NCBI GenBank assembly: GCA_030704665.1
Contig: JAUYID010000009.1
Coordinates: forward strand, 729,702 to 793,701
Direction of reading: 5' to 3'
From: a bacterium
GTDB lineage: Bacteria > Patescibacteriota > Microgenomatia > Woykebacterales > RBG-16-39-9b
DNA: 64,000 bases
Shown here: positions 55,770 to 64,000 of the stretch, in pieces
Position numbering within the stretch: the stretch's first letter is position 1
Layout of the letters: every line of letters starts with the position of its first letter
Program-made: the position numbers and the translations under genes
Notes under the pieces: model-generated
Seen by the model: the letters and a program-made list of their open reading frames with translations, nothing else
Told to the model about the DNA's origin: nothing
Databases searched by the model: none

Positions 55770-57008
55770 CTACCAATGATGCTGTTGTTTTTGGGCTTGG
55801 GTAACTTTTCTGACCGCCAAAGAAAGAGCACCTTCCCGCAGAGTAGATTTTAACTCAGCTGCTAGTTCGAAGACCTCGGAAAAAGCTTGAGCCATTTTTT
55901 CTTCCAGTTTTTCGAAGACTTCTTCCTTGGTCCAGACTTCACCAAAGAGATTCTGATACCATTCAAAAAAACTAACCGTCACTCCGCCGGCGTTGGCCAA
56001 AATATCTGGGATGACTTGAATTCCCTCTTTGTGCAAAATTGTATCTGCTTCTGAAGTAGTTGGGCTGTTGGCCATTTCGAGAATGACTTTAGCTTGAATC
56101 TTGGCAGCATTGTCCTTGGTGATTTGATTCTCAAGTGCAGCCGGGATAAGGACATCAACTGAGAGTTCCAGCAGCTCTTCGTTGCTGATTTTCTGACCTT
56201 CAAAATTTTTCTCGACCAATTCACCGGAGTTCTTTTTTGACTCAACAACTTTGTCTATATCTAAACCTGTCTCTGAATAAACTCCGCCTTTTGAATCAGA
56301 TACGGCAACTATCTTGAAGCCGGAGTCGAAAAGCTCTTTGGCAATTTCAGCTCCAACATTACCAAAGCCTTGAACCGCCACAGTCAATTCTCCTGGAAGT
56401 TTGAGTTTAGCTAAAGCTTGCTTAAGGACAAAGTAACCTCCTTTTCCTGTGGCTTCGACTCTCCCTTCGGAACCGCCGATTTCAACTGGCTTCCCGGTAA
56501 CCACGGCCGGAACATTTTTACCCACCACCCGTGCGTATTCAGCCGCCATCCAGGCCATAATTTTCGGGTTGGTATTGACATCAGGAGCTGGCACGTCGAT
56601 TTCAGGACCGATATCGTTGGCAATTACCCGAGTAAAAGCACGAGTTAATCTTTCTAGCTCTTGTTCCGATAATTTTTTTGGATCAACAATGATTCCACCC
56701 TTCCCTCCACCAAAAGGAACGTCCACGACCGCGGTCTTCAAACTCATTTCTAAAGCCAAAGTCTTAATTTCATCGAGAGTAACCCCTGGATGAAAACGGA
56801 TTCCACCTTTGTAAGGGCCACGGGCGTTGTTGTGTTGAACTCGAAAACCTTGGAAAATTTTCAAAGTTCCCTCATCCAAACGGACGGGGATTGAAACTTC
56901 AATAATTTTGTCAGGGTTTTTGAGGATTTCAATTTCATCCGGATCGAGGTTTGCAAGCTCGGCGGATTTTTCAAGTTTGCTGAGAAGATCTTCAAACTGA
57001 CTGGGCAT
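55770..57008 (-). CDS. gdhA: Glu/Leu/Phe/Val dehydrogenase (glutamate dehydrogenase)
   Basis: GPYKGGIRFHP, PFGGGKGG, DVPAPD, QGFGNVG, PDILANAGGV. Confidence 0.92.
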   Translation of the reverse strand: MPSQFEDLLSKLEKSAELANLDPDEIEILKNPDKIIEVSIPVRLDEGTLKIFQGFRVQHNNARGPYKGGIRFHPGVTLDEIKTLALEMSLKTAVVDVPFGGGKGGIIVDPKKLSEQELERLTRAFTRVIANDIGPEIDVPAPDVNTNPKIMAWMAAEYARVVGKNVPAVVTGKPVEIGGSEGRVEATGKGGYFVLKQALAKLKLPGELTVAVQGFGNVGAEIAKELFDSGFKIVAVSDSKGGVYSETGLDIDKVVESKKNSGELVEKNFEGQKISNEELLELSVDVLIPAALENQITKDNAAKIQAKVILEMANSPTTSEADTILHKEGIQVIPDILANAGGVTVSFFEWYQNLFGEVWTKEEVFEKLEEKMAQAFSEVFELAAELKSTLREGALSLAVRKVTQAQKQQHHW

Positions 57009-57014
57009 GTTTTT

Positions 57015-57956
57015 TTAACCTTTTGGTTTTCTTTCTCCCAAAAACTCCTCGGCGTCCAGAGCGGCCATACAGCCAGCTCCGGCGGCGGTCACCGCCTGTT
57101 GATAGCGCCAATCGTGGACATCTCCAGCTGCAAAGATTCCCGGAACCGAAGTCTTCGATTTGTCTTTTATAGCAATGTAGCCCTTTTCATCCAGCTCAAC
57201 TTTACCTTTGAGAAAATCGGTGTTGGGTTTGTGTCCGATGGCAATGAAAAGTCCTCCAAGACTGATTTCTTTTTCCTCACCGGCAGTGTTCTTTGTCCTG
57301 ACCCCAGTAATTGTGTTTTCTCCAAGAACTTCAGTGACTTGAGTGTTAAAAATAATTTCGATTTTTGGGTTTTCCCGAACCTTTTCTTGTAGCGCCTGAA
57401 ACGCACGTAGCTTCTCACTGCGGTGAATGATTATCACTTTGGGGCAGAATTTGGTCAGATAGACTGCCTCACGTAGGGCCGCATCCCCACCACCAACCAC
57501 CGCCACTTCTTTACCCCGGAAAAAAGGCGCGTCACAAACGGCACAAGCACTCACTCCTTTGGCCCGCAGCCTTTGCTCACTCTCCAAACCTAGCCATTTG
57601 GCCGAAGCCCCAGTCGCTAGGATAACTGCCCGAGCCGAAAACTCCTCTTGGCTGGTTTTTAGTTTGAAAGGCTGGTTGTCAGTTTCAATCCCGGCAACAT
57701 CTTCGTTGATAAACCTTGCCCCCAGCCTTTCAGCTTGCTTTCTCATACGCTCAACAAGCTCAGGTCCTTGCACGGCTTCCGGAAAACCAGGGAAGTCTTC
57801 GACGTCAGTAGTCCAAATCAGCTGCCCGCCTGCCTCAACCCCAGCGATAACAAAAACCGATAGATTGGCCCGCGCCGCATAAATTGCCGCCGTCAAACCA
57901 GCCGGACCAGAACCAACCACAATAATGTCATAAACGTCTTTTTCGTTAACTTCCAT
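57015..57956 (-). CDS. trxB: Thioredoxin reductase
   Basis: GSGPAG, SACAVCD, GGGDAA, FAAGDV. Confidence 0.96.
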   Translation of the reverse strand: MEVNEKDVYDIIVVGSGPAGLTAAIYAARANLSVFVIAGVEAGGQLIWTTDVEDFPGFPEAVQGPELVERMRKQAERLGARFINEDVAGIETDNQPFKLKTSQEEFSARAVILATGASAKWLGLESEQRLRAKGVSACAVCDAPFFRGKEVAVVGGGDAALREAVYLTKFCPKVIIIHRSEKLRAFQALQEKVRENPKIEIIFNTQVTEVLGENTITGVRTKNTAGEEKEISLGGLFIAIGHKPNTDFLKGKVELDEKGYIAIKDKSKTSVPGIFAAGDVHDWRYQQAVTAAGAGCMAALDAEEFLGERKPKG

Positions 57957-57990
57957 ATACTTTTAGTTTAGCAAAGTTGGGAAGAGTTAC

Positions 57991-58428
57991 TTATGGTTTC
58001 CAACCCCTACCAGGCTGATTTCGGACTTCTTCAGTCTCATTACTACGGTTGTAATCGTCGTCTAAACGATAAGTAGTACCTGATTCGGGAAGTGAAACCT
58101 CAACCAACTCGGAGTCTTCCAGAGCTTCCATTCGATGCCGTTGAAGGGGTTTGACTGTGTAACCCTTACCAATCTCCATGTCTATAGGAACTAGCTCGCC
58201 TTGATTGTTATCCAGCCAGTAACGGACTTTTCCACTTAGCAAAATTTGAGTCTCTTCTTTTTTGTCGTGGTATTGAAGGGAAAATCTCTTACCTTTGTTT
58301 AAATGAAGAAATTTACCTACGTAACCAGGCTCTTTCGCCCAATGTACTTCCCAACCCCAAGGTTTTTCTAGCTTTTCTGCATGTGGTTCTATTGAAAACT
58401 GACTAGCATCAAATTGATTTTTTTCCAT
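57991..58428 (-). CDS. Cupin protein (mannose-6-phosphate isomerase-like)
   Basis: EKPWGWE, SLQYHDKKEET, HRMEA, EVS, RLDDDY. Confidence 0.85.
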   Translation of the reverse strand: MEKNQFDASQFSIEPHAEKLEKPWGWEVHWAKEPGYVGKFLHLNKGKRFSLQYHDKKEETQILLSGKVRYWLDNNQGELVPIDMEIGKGYTVKPLQRHRMEALEDSELVEVSLPESGTTYRLDDDYNRSNETEEVRNQPGRGWKP

Positions 58429-58959
58429 TTAGAAAAATTTTTCTGCTTCGACCCATTCGGGCTCTGGTAAATTCTTGTAGTTGGGATTCGGCACTGCCTC
58501 AAGCTTACCATCTTTCTCGATAATATAGTAAGCCATACCTCTCTTTTCTTGAATTGGTCGGTAATCATTCTGCGAGTGAGAAGCGTCTTCCGGAGCATCG
58601 TCAGAGGAGATTAAATAAGTTTTACCTGTGTTTACAAAGGCATGTCCCCAACCAGCTGGAATTTCTACTTTGTTGCCTGATTTGACTTTTACCAGGCGCA
58701 CTTCACCCACCTCTCCAGACTGGTCTCGATGCTGCAAAACCCCCACCCCCTCACCAAAAAGGAAGGTGTAGTTTTCTTTCTCGTTGTGTAAATGATAGTG
58801 GCCGTAAGTTTTGACGTACTCCTCTCCGTATTTACCCGCTTCCCAAATAGTGATGTTTGGCCTGCCCCGCAATATGTAATAAGCTGCCTCAGGCCCATCT
58901 GAATCTGGGTTTAGCAAAACTTCTTTTATTTTTTCTTTTGTGCGTGTCTCTAAAACCAT
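58429..58959 (-). CDS. Cupin-type (archaeal-like) glucose-6-phosphate isomerase family protein
   Basis: KTYGHYH, E.Y..LFGEG, IPAGWGH..VNTG, PNPNY. Confidence 0.8.
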   Translation of the reverse strand: MVLETRTKEKIKEVLLNPDSDGPEAAYYILRGRPNITIWEAGKYGEEYVKTYGHYHLHNEKENYTFLFGEGVGVLQHRDQSGEVGEVRLVKVKSGNKVEIPAGWGHAFVNTGKTYLISSDDAPEDASHSQNDYRPIQEKRGMAYYIIEKDGKLEAVPNPNYKNLPEPEWVEAEKFF

Positions 58960-58966
58960 TTGATTT

Positions 58967-59593
58967 CTAACAACCTGCTAGCGGTTCTGGGGCTGCTGAT
59001 CCGTTTCGATAAAGTTTAATGTAATCAGTGATTTTTTGTTTATTAAAACTATCAAGTTTTAGTACTCTTCCCCAGCTAACTAAAGCAAGCATCGAATCGT
59101 TTTTTGCGCGAGGAGAAACCATTAGTTTAGTTTTTCCCATTTCTTGAACCAAATTTTTTATCTCATTTTTGACTGTCGAGTCATCTTTATTTTTGTAAGT
59201 AATCCAAACCGTACCATGCTCCAAACTGTGTATCACTCTCTCATCAACAATTTCATTGTCATAAACACCACATGGTTGCCAGTCCGAATAGTGCGGTCCG
59301 TTGCTCGGGGGGTTGGAATTGTAGGCTGCGTGCGGTGTTCCTGAGGCTATATGAGTACGATCACACTGATCTCCACTACAAGTCACCTCCCCAAGGGATT
59401 TGACACTAGCCTTGTTTTGATTCCTTGAATAGACAAACAAGACAACAAATCCGACTATCAACAAAACCACCGCAACTAGAGCGAGCGCTTTCACAAAGAG
59501 GTCGGCACGCCCAGACTTTCCCTTTGCTTTCTCAAGCTCTTTTCTGATTTCATCACGACGCTGCTTTTTAGTTAGTTGTTTTTCTTCTGTCAT
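58967..59593 (-). CDS. DUF3105-like membrane-anchored protein
   Basis: YNSNPPSNGPH, HSLEHGTVWITY, SWG, APEP. Confidence 0.85.
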   Translation of the reverse strand: MTEEKQLTKKQRRDEIRKELEKAKGKSGRADLFVKALALVAVVLLIVGFVVLFVYSRNQNKASVKSLGEVTCSGDQCDRTHIASGTPHAAYNSNPPSNGPHYSDWQPCGVYDNEIVDERVIHSLEHGTVWITYKNKDDSTVKNEIKNLVQEMGKTKLMVSPRAKNDSMLALVSWGRVLKLDSFNKQKITDYIKLYRNGSAAPEPLAGC

Positions 59594-59624
59594 AGTTTTT
59601 TTGCTGCCAAAATGCTTATCGATC

Positions 59625-59876
59625 TTACCGTATTCCCAAAACAGAAATCAATCTTTCTTTGTCAAAACCCAAAATTGTTTCCCGCCCGCCTTCTTCTTTA
59701 TCAATCACCGTGAAGGGTACTCCCACTTGCCCTGACATCTTGATTACTTCTTCGGCTGCTTGATGGTCTTCATCAACCAAGATATTTTCATACTTAATAC
59801 CTTTGGAATCGAGAAACTCTTTTTCCATCTTACAATATGGGCAGGTGGTGGTTGTATAAATTTTGATCTTATCCAT
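59625..59876 (-). CDS. Glutaredoxin / NrdH-like redoxin
   Basis: YTTTTCPYC, SGQVGVP, GFD. Confidence 0.92.
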   Translation of the reverse strand: MDKIKIYTTTTCPYCKMEKEFLDSKGIKYENILVDEDHQAAEEVIKMSGQVGVPFTVIDKEEGGRETILGFDKERLISVLGIR

Positions 59877-59888
59877 TTTTACCTCTTT

Positions 59889-60164
59889 CTAGGTAAGATT
59901 ATCTATTATTCTGGCCAGTTTAATGTCCTTTTCCGTCACCCCACCTTCCTCATGAGTTGCAAGACTGATTTTTACTTTGGAGTAACGAATATCAATATCA
60001 GGATGATGCTGCGCTTTCTCTGCTTCGGTGGAGACTTTATTTACAAAAGTAATTGCCTCCAAAAACGACGGGAACAAAAATTTCTTTTCTATTTCCCCTT
60101 CGGAAACTTCCCAACCGGGGAAAGTAGCTAGTTGTTTTTCTGCTTCCGTCTTTTCAATTAGCAT
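59889..60164 (-). CDS. Pterin-4a-carbinolamine dehydratase
   Basis: AEKAQHHPDI, THEEGGVTEKD. Confidence 0.92.
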   Translation of the reverse strand: MLIEKTEAEKQLATFPGWEVSEGEIEKKFLFPSFLEAITFVNKVSTEAEKAQHHPDIDIRYSKVKISLATHEEGGVTEKDIKLARIIDNLT

Positions 60165-60176
60165 AGAGTGATTATA

Positions 60177-61175
60177 CTAAAAACTCTCAGCTTTGAAATC
60201 CGGATTGTCGGCCAGTGTTTTTTCCATTTGCTCTTTGGTCAGCAGTCCAGCTTGTGGACCGACTTGGCCGACGACTGAAGCACCGTTGATAGATCCCCAG
60301 GCAAGACCTTCTTTCAGAGAGTGGCCATTGAAAATAGCTGCTTCACAGGCGGTTGCAAAACCATCACCCGCACCGGTTGCCTCAATTCTTTCACCGGGGA
60401 ATTCTCCAATCCGATAGAAATCTTTTCTGTCATAAGCATACGAGCCCTCTCGACCATCAGTAATAACGACATTTTTTACATCCAAGTCGGCGATAATTTT
60501 CTTGAGTAAATCTTTAATGTCGATTTTTGTACTTTCCGCAATGTCGAGAACTCTTTTTGCTTCTTCGAGATTGACAAAAAAAACCTCAGTTAGCTTGAGT
60601 AACTCAGAATCCTTTTTCACGCCCACTTCCATTTGATAAGTCCCTGGATTGTAGCCGAGTTTCGCGCCAGTTTCTTTCAAGTAGTCAACCAAATCCTTGA
60701 TCAGGGTACTTTCAGCAAAACTTTTGGAAAGAGAAGTGAGATAAACCCATTTGGCTGGCTCGAGTTCAGGTAGACGGTAGTTCCAGTGCTGATGGTAAAC
60801 AAAAATTGTTCTCTCCCCTTCAAAATTCACGACCGCCGAGTAGTTTGACTCCATGCTTTTGTTAACGACGATGTAACTGCCATCCACACCTTCTTTTTCA
60901 ATGACATTTTTGATTCGTTCACCGGCATCATCTTCGCCAACATTGACATAAATTGCAGAGTTCATCCCCAATCGGGCCGAGCCAACCGCGTTGTTGGCCG
61001 CGTTACCAGCGACCAAATGGGCGATTGAGTCCACCGCGATTTTGTCTCCATAGCTGACGCAGAGAACACAGTCCTCTTTATTGATGTTGCACTGAACATG
61101 GGCATCATGAATTTTGATGAAGGTGTCGATTGTGGCATCTCCTACCGAAATGAGGTCGTACATTTCTTTACTCAT
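60177..61175 (-). CDS. PfkB family carbohydrate kinase
   Basis: GNAANNAVG, NLEEA, TDGREG, TGAGDGF. Confidence 0.92.
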   Translation of the reverse strand: MSKEMYDLISVGDATIDTFIKIHDAHVQCNINKEDCVLCVSYGDKIAVDSIAHLVAGNAANNAVGSARLGMNSAIYVNVGEDDAGERIKNVIEKEGVDGSYIVVNKSMESNYSAVVNFEGERTIFVYHQHWNYRLPELEPAKWVYLTSLSKSFAESTLIKDLVDYLKETGAKLGYNPGTYQMEVGVKKDSELLKLTEVFFVNLEEAKRVLDIAESTKIDIKDLLKKIIADLDVKNVVITDGREGSYAYDRKDFYRIGEFPGERIEATGAGDGFATACEAAIFNGHSLKEGLAWGSINGASVVGQVGPQAGLLTKEQMEKTLADNPDFKAESF

Positions 61176-61660
61176 CCTTTTTTGTGTTTTCCTCTTCCGA
61201 GCAAACTGAGGTCGAGTAGACCCTGCTCTTCAACAAAGAAAGTCAAAATATCCAAAAGAAAAAGTCCCATACCAATCACTAGGTAGAGCAAGATGACAGT
61301 GAGGAGTCCGGTATCAACGCTCTGAAAGCCAGCAAAAACCAAACCAAGGCTAACTACCGCAGCCCCCATCAAAAGAAAACCCACTAAAGAAGCAATTGAG
61401 CTGATCTCACGTAAGACCACTGAGCGGTAATTAAAAAGGGCGACAGTGTCGATAAAAATCAGCAGTAGGTAGAAACCGGTCAAGAAACGGAACGCGGCCA
61501 AAGCCACTGACTCCCCGGGGTAAAAGATTGCTACATTGGAAAAACGCAAAGAGGAAAAGTAAGTTCCGTCAAAGATAGTCAGCAAGGCTACTGCTGCACT
61601 TGCAGTCAGAAAAACGATCAAGTAAACCCATTTTAGCAGTCGGACAGATTGAGGTTCCAT
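61172..61660 (-). CDS. 4-TM membrane protein
   Basis: Four hydrophobic segments; overlaps the pfkB start. Confidence 0.7.
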   Translation of the reverse strand: MEPQSVRLLKWVYLIVFLTASAAVALLTIFDGTYFSSLRFSNVAIFYPGESVALAAFRFLTGFYLLLIFIDTVALFNYRSVVLREISSIASLVGFLLMGAAVVSLGLVFAGFQSVDTGLLTVILLYLVIGMGLFLLDILTFFVEEQGLLDLSLLGRGKHKKG

Positions 61661-61707
61661 AACTTAAGCTAATTGTAACCGATCGAAAGAGCTTTTTCTA
61701 GGCTTCT

Positions 61708-62571
61708 CTAAAGCTTCCCTTCGCTACCACAAATATCGATCCAAGTCTCAGCGACCTTTTGCACCGCTTCAACCACCCCTGGGAAAACTTTGTACATCGC
61801 GACATCTTTGTGTTCGGCAAGAGCTTTTTCGAGCCCTTCTCGATAGGCCACTCGAATGTCAGTATTGACGTTCACTTTGACGATATCACCTTCTTTGATC
61901 GCTTCTTTGACCTGCTCGGCGGGAACTCCACTAGCACCATGCATGGAGAGAAAGGCCGGCACTGTCTGAGAAACTTTCTTGATTAACTCAATGTCGAGCG
62001 GTGGTTGCGGTCCGGGGAAGGTACCGTGGGTGTTGCCAAAGAACGAGGCGAAAATATCAACGCCGGTTTCTTCGACGAATTTTTTGGCCCGCTGCGGATC
62101 AGTATAGCCTGATTTTATTGCCTCTTCAGTAATAGTTTCTGTGTGCTGCTCACTGCCTTCACCAACAATCTTGTCAATTTCCCCTTCGACGAGGGCCCCA
62201 ATATTGTGGGCCTCAGGAACCACTTTTTTGGCAACCGTGACGTTTTCTTCGTAAGGAAGTTTCGAGCCGTCAAAATGAATCAAATCATAAGCTCCCTCAA
62301 ATCCCGGTCTGGTGTCTTCGTAAGTATAAGCGTGGTCGAGGTTAACGATGATTGCCAAACCGTACTTTTTCGCAAAGTTACGGCTAATACTAGCCACGTT
62401 TTCAGCTTCCATCCACCTCGTCTCGCCAGTTGAAGATTCGATGATAACTGGCGATTTTTTATTAATTGCGGCCGCAACAATTCCCTTGAAGGTCTCGAAA
62501 GTTCCGACGTTCAGAGCGGGAATCGCGAAATTTTCTCTTTTTGCTTTTTCGAGCCATTCTCTTGCGTTCAT
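61708..62571 (-). CDS. fba: Class II fructose-bisphosphate aldolase
   Basis: NLDH, FDGSKL, VEGE, GNTHG, MHGASG, KVNVNTD. Confidence 0.92.
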   Translation of the reverse strand: MNAREWLEKAKRENFAIPALNVGTFETFKGIVAAAINKKSPVIIESSTGETRWMEAENVASISRNFAKKYGLAIIVNLDHAYTYEDTRPGFEGAYDLIHFDGSKLPYEENVTVAKKVVPEAHNIGALVEGEIDKIVGEGSEQHTETITEEAIKSGYTDPQRAKKFVEETGVDIFASFFGNTHGTFPGPQPPLDIELIKKVSQTVPAFLSMHGASGVPAEQVKEAIKEGDIVKVNVNTDIRVAYREGLEKALAEHKDVAMYKVFPGVVEAVQKVAETWIDICGSEGKL

Positions 62572-62573
62572 TT

Positions 62574-63548
62574 TCAACCTTTCTTTTGTATAACAGTTTT
62601 TGCTGCTGCTTTTATTTTAGCTACACTCATTCCGTATTTCTCGAGCAATTGGGTGGGCTCGCCTGATTCACCGAAGGTATCTGGCATTCCCACTCGCTCA
62701 ATTGGTACTGGAAAACTTTCCGATAACGCTTCGGCGACCGCTCCACCGAGGCCACCGGTGATCTGGTGCTCCTCAACGGTAACGACAGCACCCGTCTCCT
62801 TGGCTGCTTTAGCTAGACCAAGTTTGTCGATCGGCTTGATGGTGTGGTTATTAATCACCCGCGCGGAAATTTTCTCGGCAGCGAGTTGATCGGCGGCGAG
62901 CAAAGCTTGATAGAGTAACGGTCCCGCGGCAACAATCGAAACATCATCCCCGTCCCGCAAAGTTAAGATTTCACCAACCTTGAATGGTGTCTCTTCGGTG
63001 GTAATAACCGGAGTTTTTTCCCGACCGAAGCGGAAATAAAAAGGCCCCTTGTGTGCAGCCGAAGCAAGGGTGGTCTTGCGCGCTTCGTGAACGTCGCAGG
63101 GAACCTCAACTACTATGTTAGGTAGTACCCGCACGATAGCAATGTCCTCAAGTGCTTGGTGGGTCGCACCATCGGGACCAACCGAAATGCCAGTGTGGGC
63201 CCCGGCTACCTTGACATTGGCCTGCGTGTAACAAACGCTGACTCTGAGCTGATCCCAACTGCGGCCAGGAGAAAAAACTGCGTAACTGGAAACGTAAGGA
63301 ATTTTTCCTGACAGAGCTAGACCGGCAGCAATGCCCATCATATTTTGCTCGGCCACCCCGACTTCGATGAAGCGCTCTGGATATTTTTTGCCAAACTCTT
63401 CCACCCGAGTTGATTCCGCCAAGTCCGCTGTTAAGACGACAACGTTTGGATTTTTCTCACCAAGCTCCATCAAGCCTTGTCCATAACCATCGCGGGTAGC
63501 AGCTTGCTCAACTTCCGGAGCAAAAAGTTTTGGATTTAGATTATTCAT
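62574..63548 (-). CDS. Transketolase, C-terminal subunit
   Basis: ADLAEST, GVAEQNM, GPDGATHQ, IKPID, EEHQ..GGLG. Confidence 0.93.
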   Translation of the reverse strand: MNNLNPKLFAPEVEQAATRDGYGQGLMELGEKNPNVVVLTADLAESTRVEEFGKKYPERFIEVGVAEQNMMGIAAGLALSGKIPYVSSYAVFSPGRSWDQLRVSVCYTQANVKVAGAHTGISVGPDGATHQALEDIAIVRVLPNIVVEVPCDVHEARKTTLASAAHKGPFYFRFGREKTPVITTEETPFKVGEILTLRDGDDVSIVAAGPLLYQALLAADQLAAEKISARVINNHTIKPIDKLGLAKAAKETGAVVTVEEHQITGGLGGAVAEALSESFPVPIERVGMPDTFGESGEPTQLLEKYGMSVAKIKAAAKTVIQKKG

Positions 63549-63940
63549 TAAATATCAAATAGTTTTCTATGCTCGTAGAGTTTCCAAATAACGAAGACCC
63601 CCCAGACGAGCTGGATCAAGTTCGTTCCTTCTCTTTTGCCTAAGGCATTAAAAATTCCTAGGATAGCAATGACCAAGGTGATGACCCAGGCGGCCTTGTT
63701 TTTCTGCAAAAGCCCCTGTCCCAAAAAGACAATTCCACAACCAACCACGGCGAGAAAGAGCCCAAGGAAAAGTCCCCCCACTACCCCAAGGATAGCGTGA
63801 AAAAAACCGCTAATAAAACCAACCCCCAAACCAAAGAGCAGGCCAGTGATGGTCAGCAAAACTCCAAGAGCGGTATAGACCCAACCAATGACCGTAATCG
63901 AGGTCGGTAAAGATTTATTAACTTTGAAAAAATTATTCAT
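63548..63940 (-). CDS. Small membrane protein between the transketolase halves
   Basis: Four TMs; ATG overlaps the upstream stop. Confidence 0.7.
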   Translation of the reverse strand: MNNFFKVNKSLPTSITVIGWVYTALGVLLTITGLLFGLGVGFISGFFHAILGVVGGLFLGLFLAVVGCGIVFLGQGLLQKNKAAWVITLVIAILGIFNALGKREGTNLIQLVWGVFVIWKLYEHRKLFDI

Positions 63941-64000
63941 GTTCACTTTTTATTTTCCCTCTCAATGTGCGTAAGTCTTTTAAGGCCTCCCTAGCTTCGT
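63933..64000 (-). CDS. 3' end of transketolase N-terminal subunit (partial, truncated by window)
   Basis: ...EAREALKDLRTLRGKIKSEHE* matches the ending I associate with CPR split transketolases, plus context. Confidence 0.6.
   Translation of the reverse strand, partial: EAREALKDLRTLRGKIKSEHE

Noticed and set aside
1-64000. CRISPR array, cas genes, rRNA, prophage
   Set aside because: No regularly spaced repeats, rRNA-like tracts or phage structural genes seen

Overview
Bacterial chromosomal window that reads cleanly in genetic code 11 (RF2 present, TGA used as a stop). Gene content and style point to a Patescibacteria/CPR genome: class I LysRS, archaeal-type PyrH, split transketolase, truncated TsaB, and many apparently leaderless genes. 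This taxonomic call is inference. Housekeeping genes (prfB, ftsEX, tsaE/B, uppP, serS, lysS, greA, tRNA-Glu, nrdR/nrdJ, trxB, gdh, sugar-phosphate enzymes) are interspersed with accessory loci. The most notable features are: (1) a cobalamin-riboswitch-led cluster encoding DUF4430 proteins, an LPxTG-tailed alpha/alpha-barrel protein and a DUF6580 membrane protein, which together resemble a split transcobalamin-like B12 capture system near a B12-dependent ribonucleotide reductase; (2) a TasA/SipW/GT2-deacetylase matrix-like locus in which two secreted-protein genes share an unrecognised, terminator-containing 5' leader motif (riboswitch/attenuator candidate); (3) an intact IS1595-family element with TIRs, an 8-bp TSD and AT-rich passenger genes; (4) a four-helix-bundle gene bracketed by inverted 7-mer repeat arrays inside the lysS-serS operon; (5) a circularly permuted M23 peptidase downstream of ftsEX; (6) an AT-rich lysC-dapB-dapA-asd block beside the tRNA; (7) a nucleotidyltransferase / Qng1-like / SET gene trio. 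All family calls come from motif recognition by eye; no searches were run.
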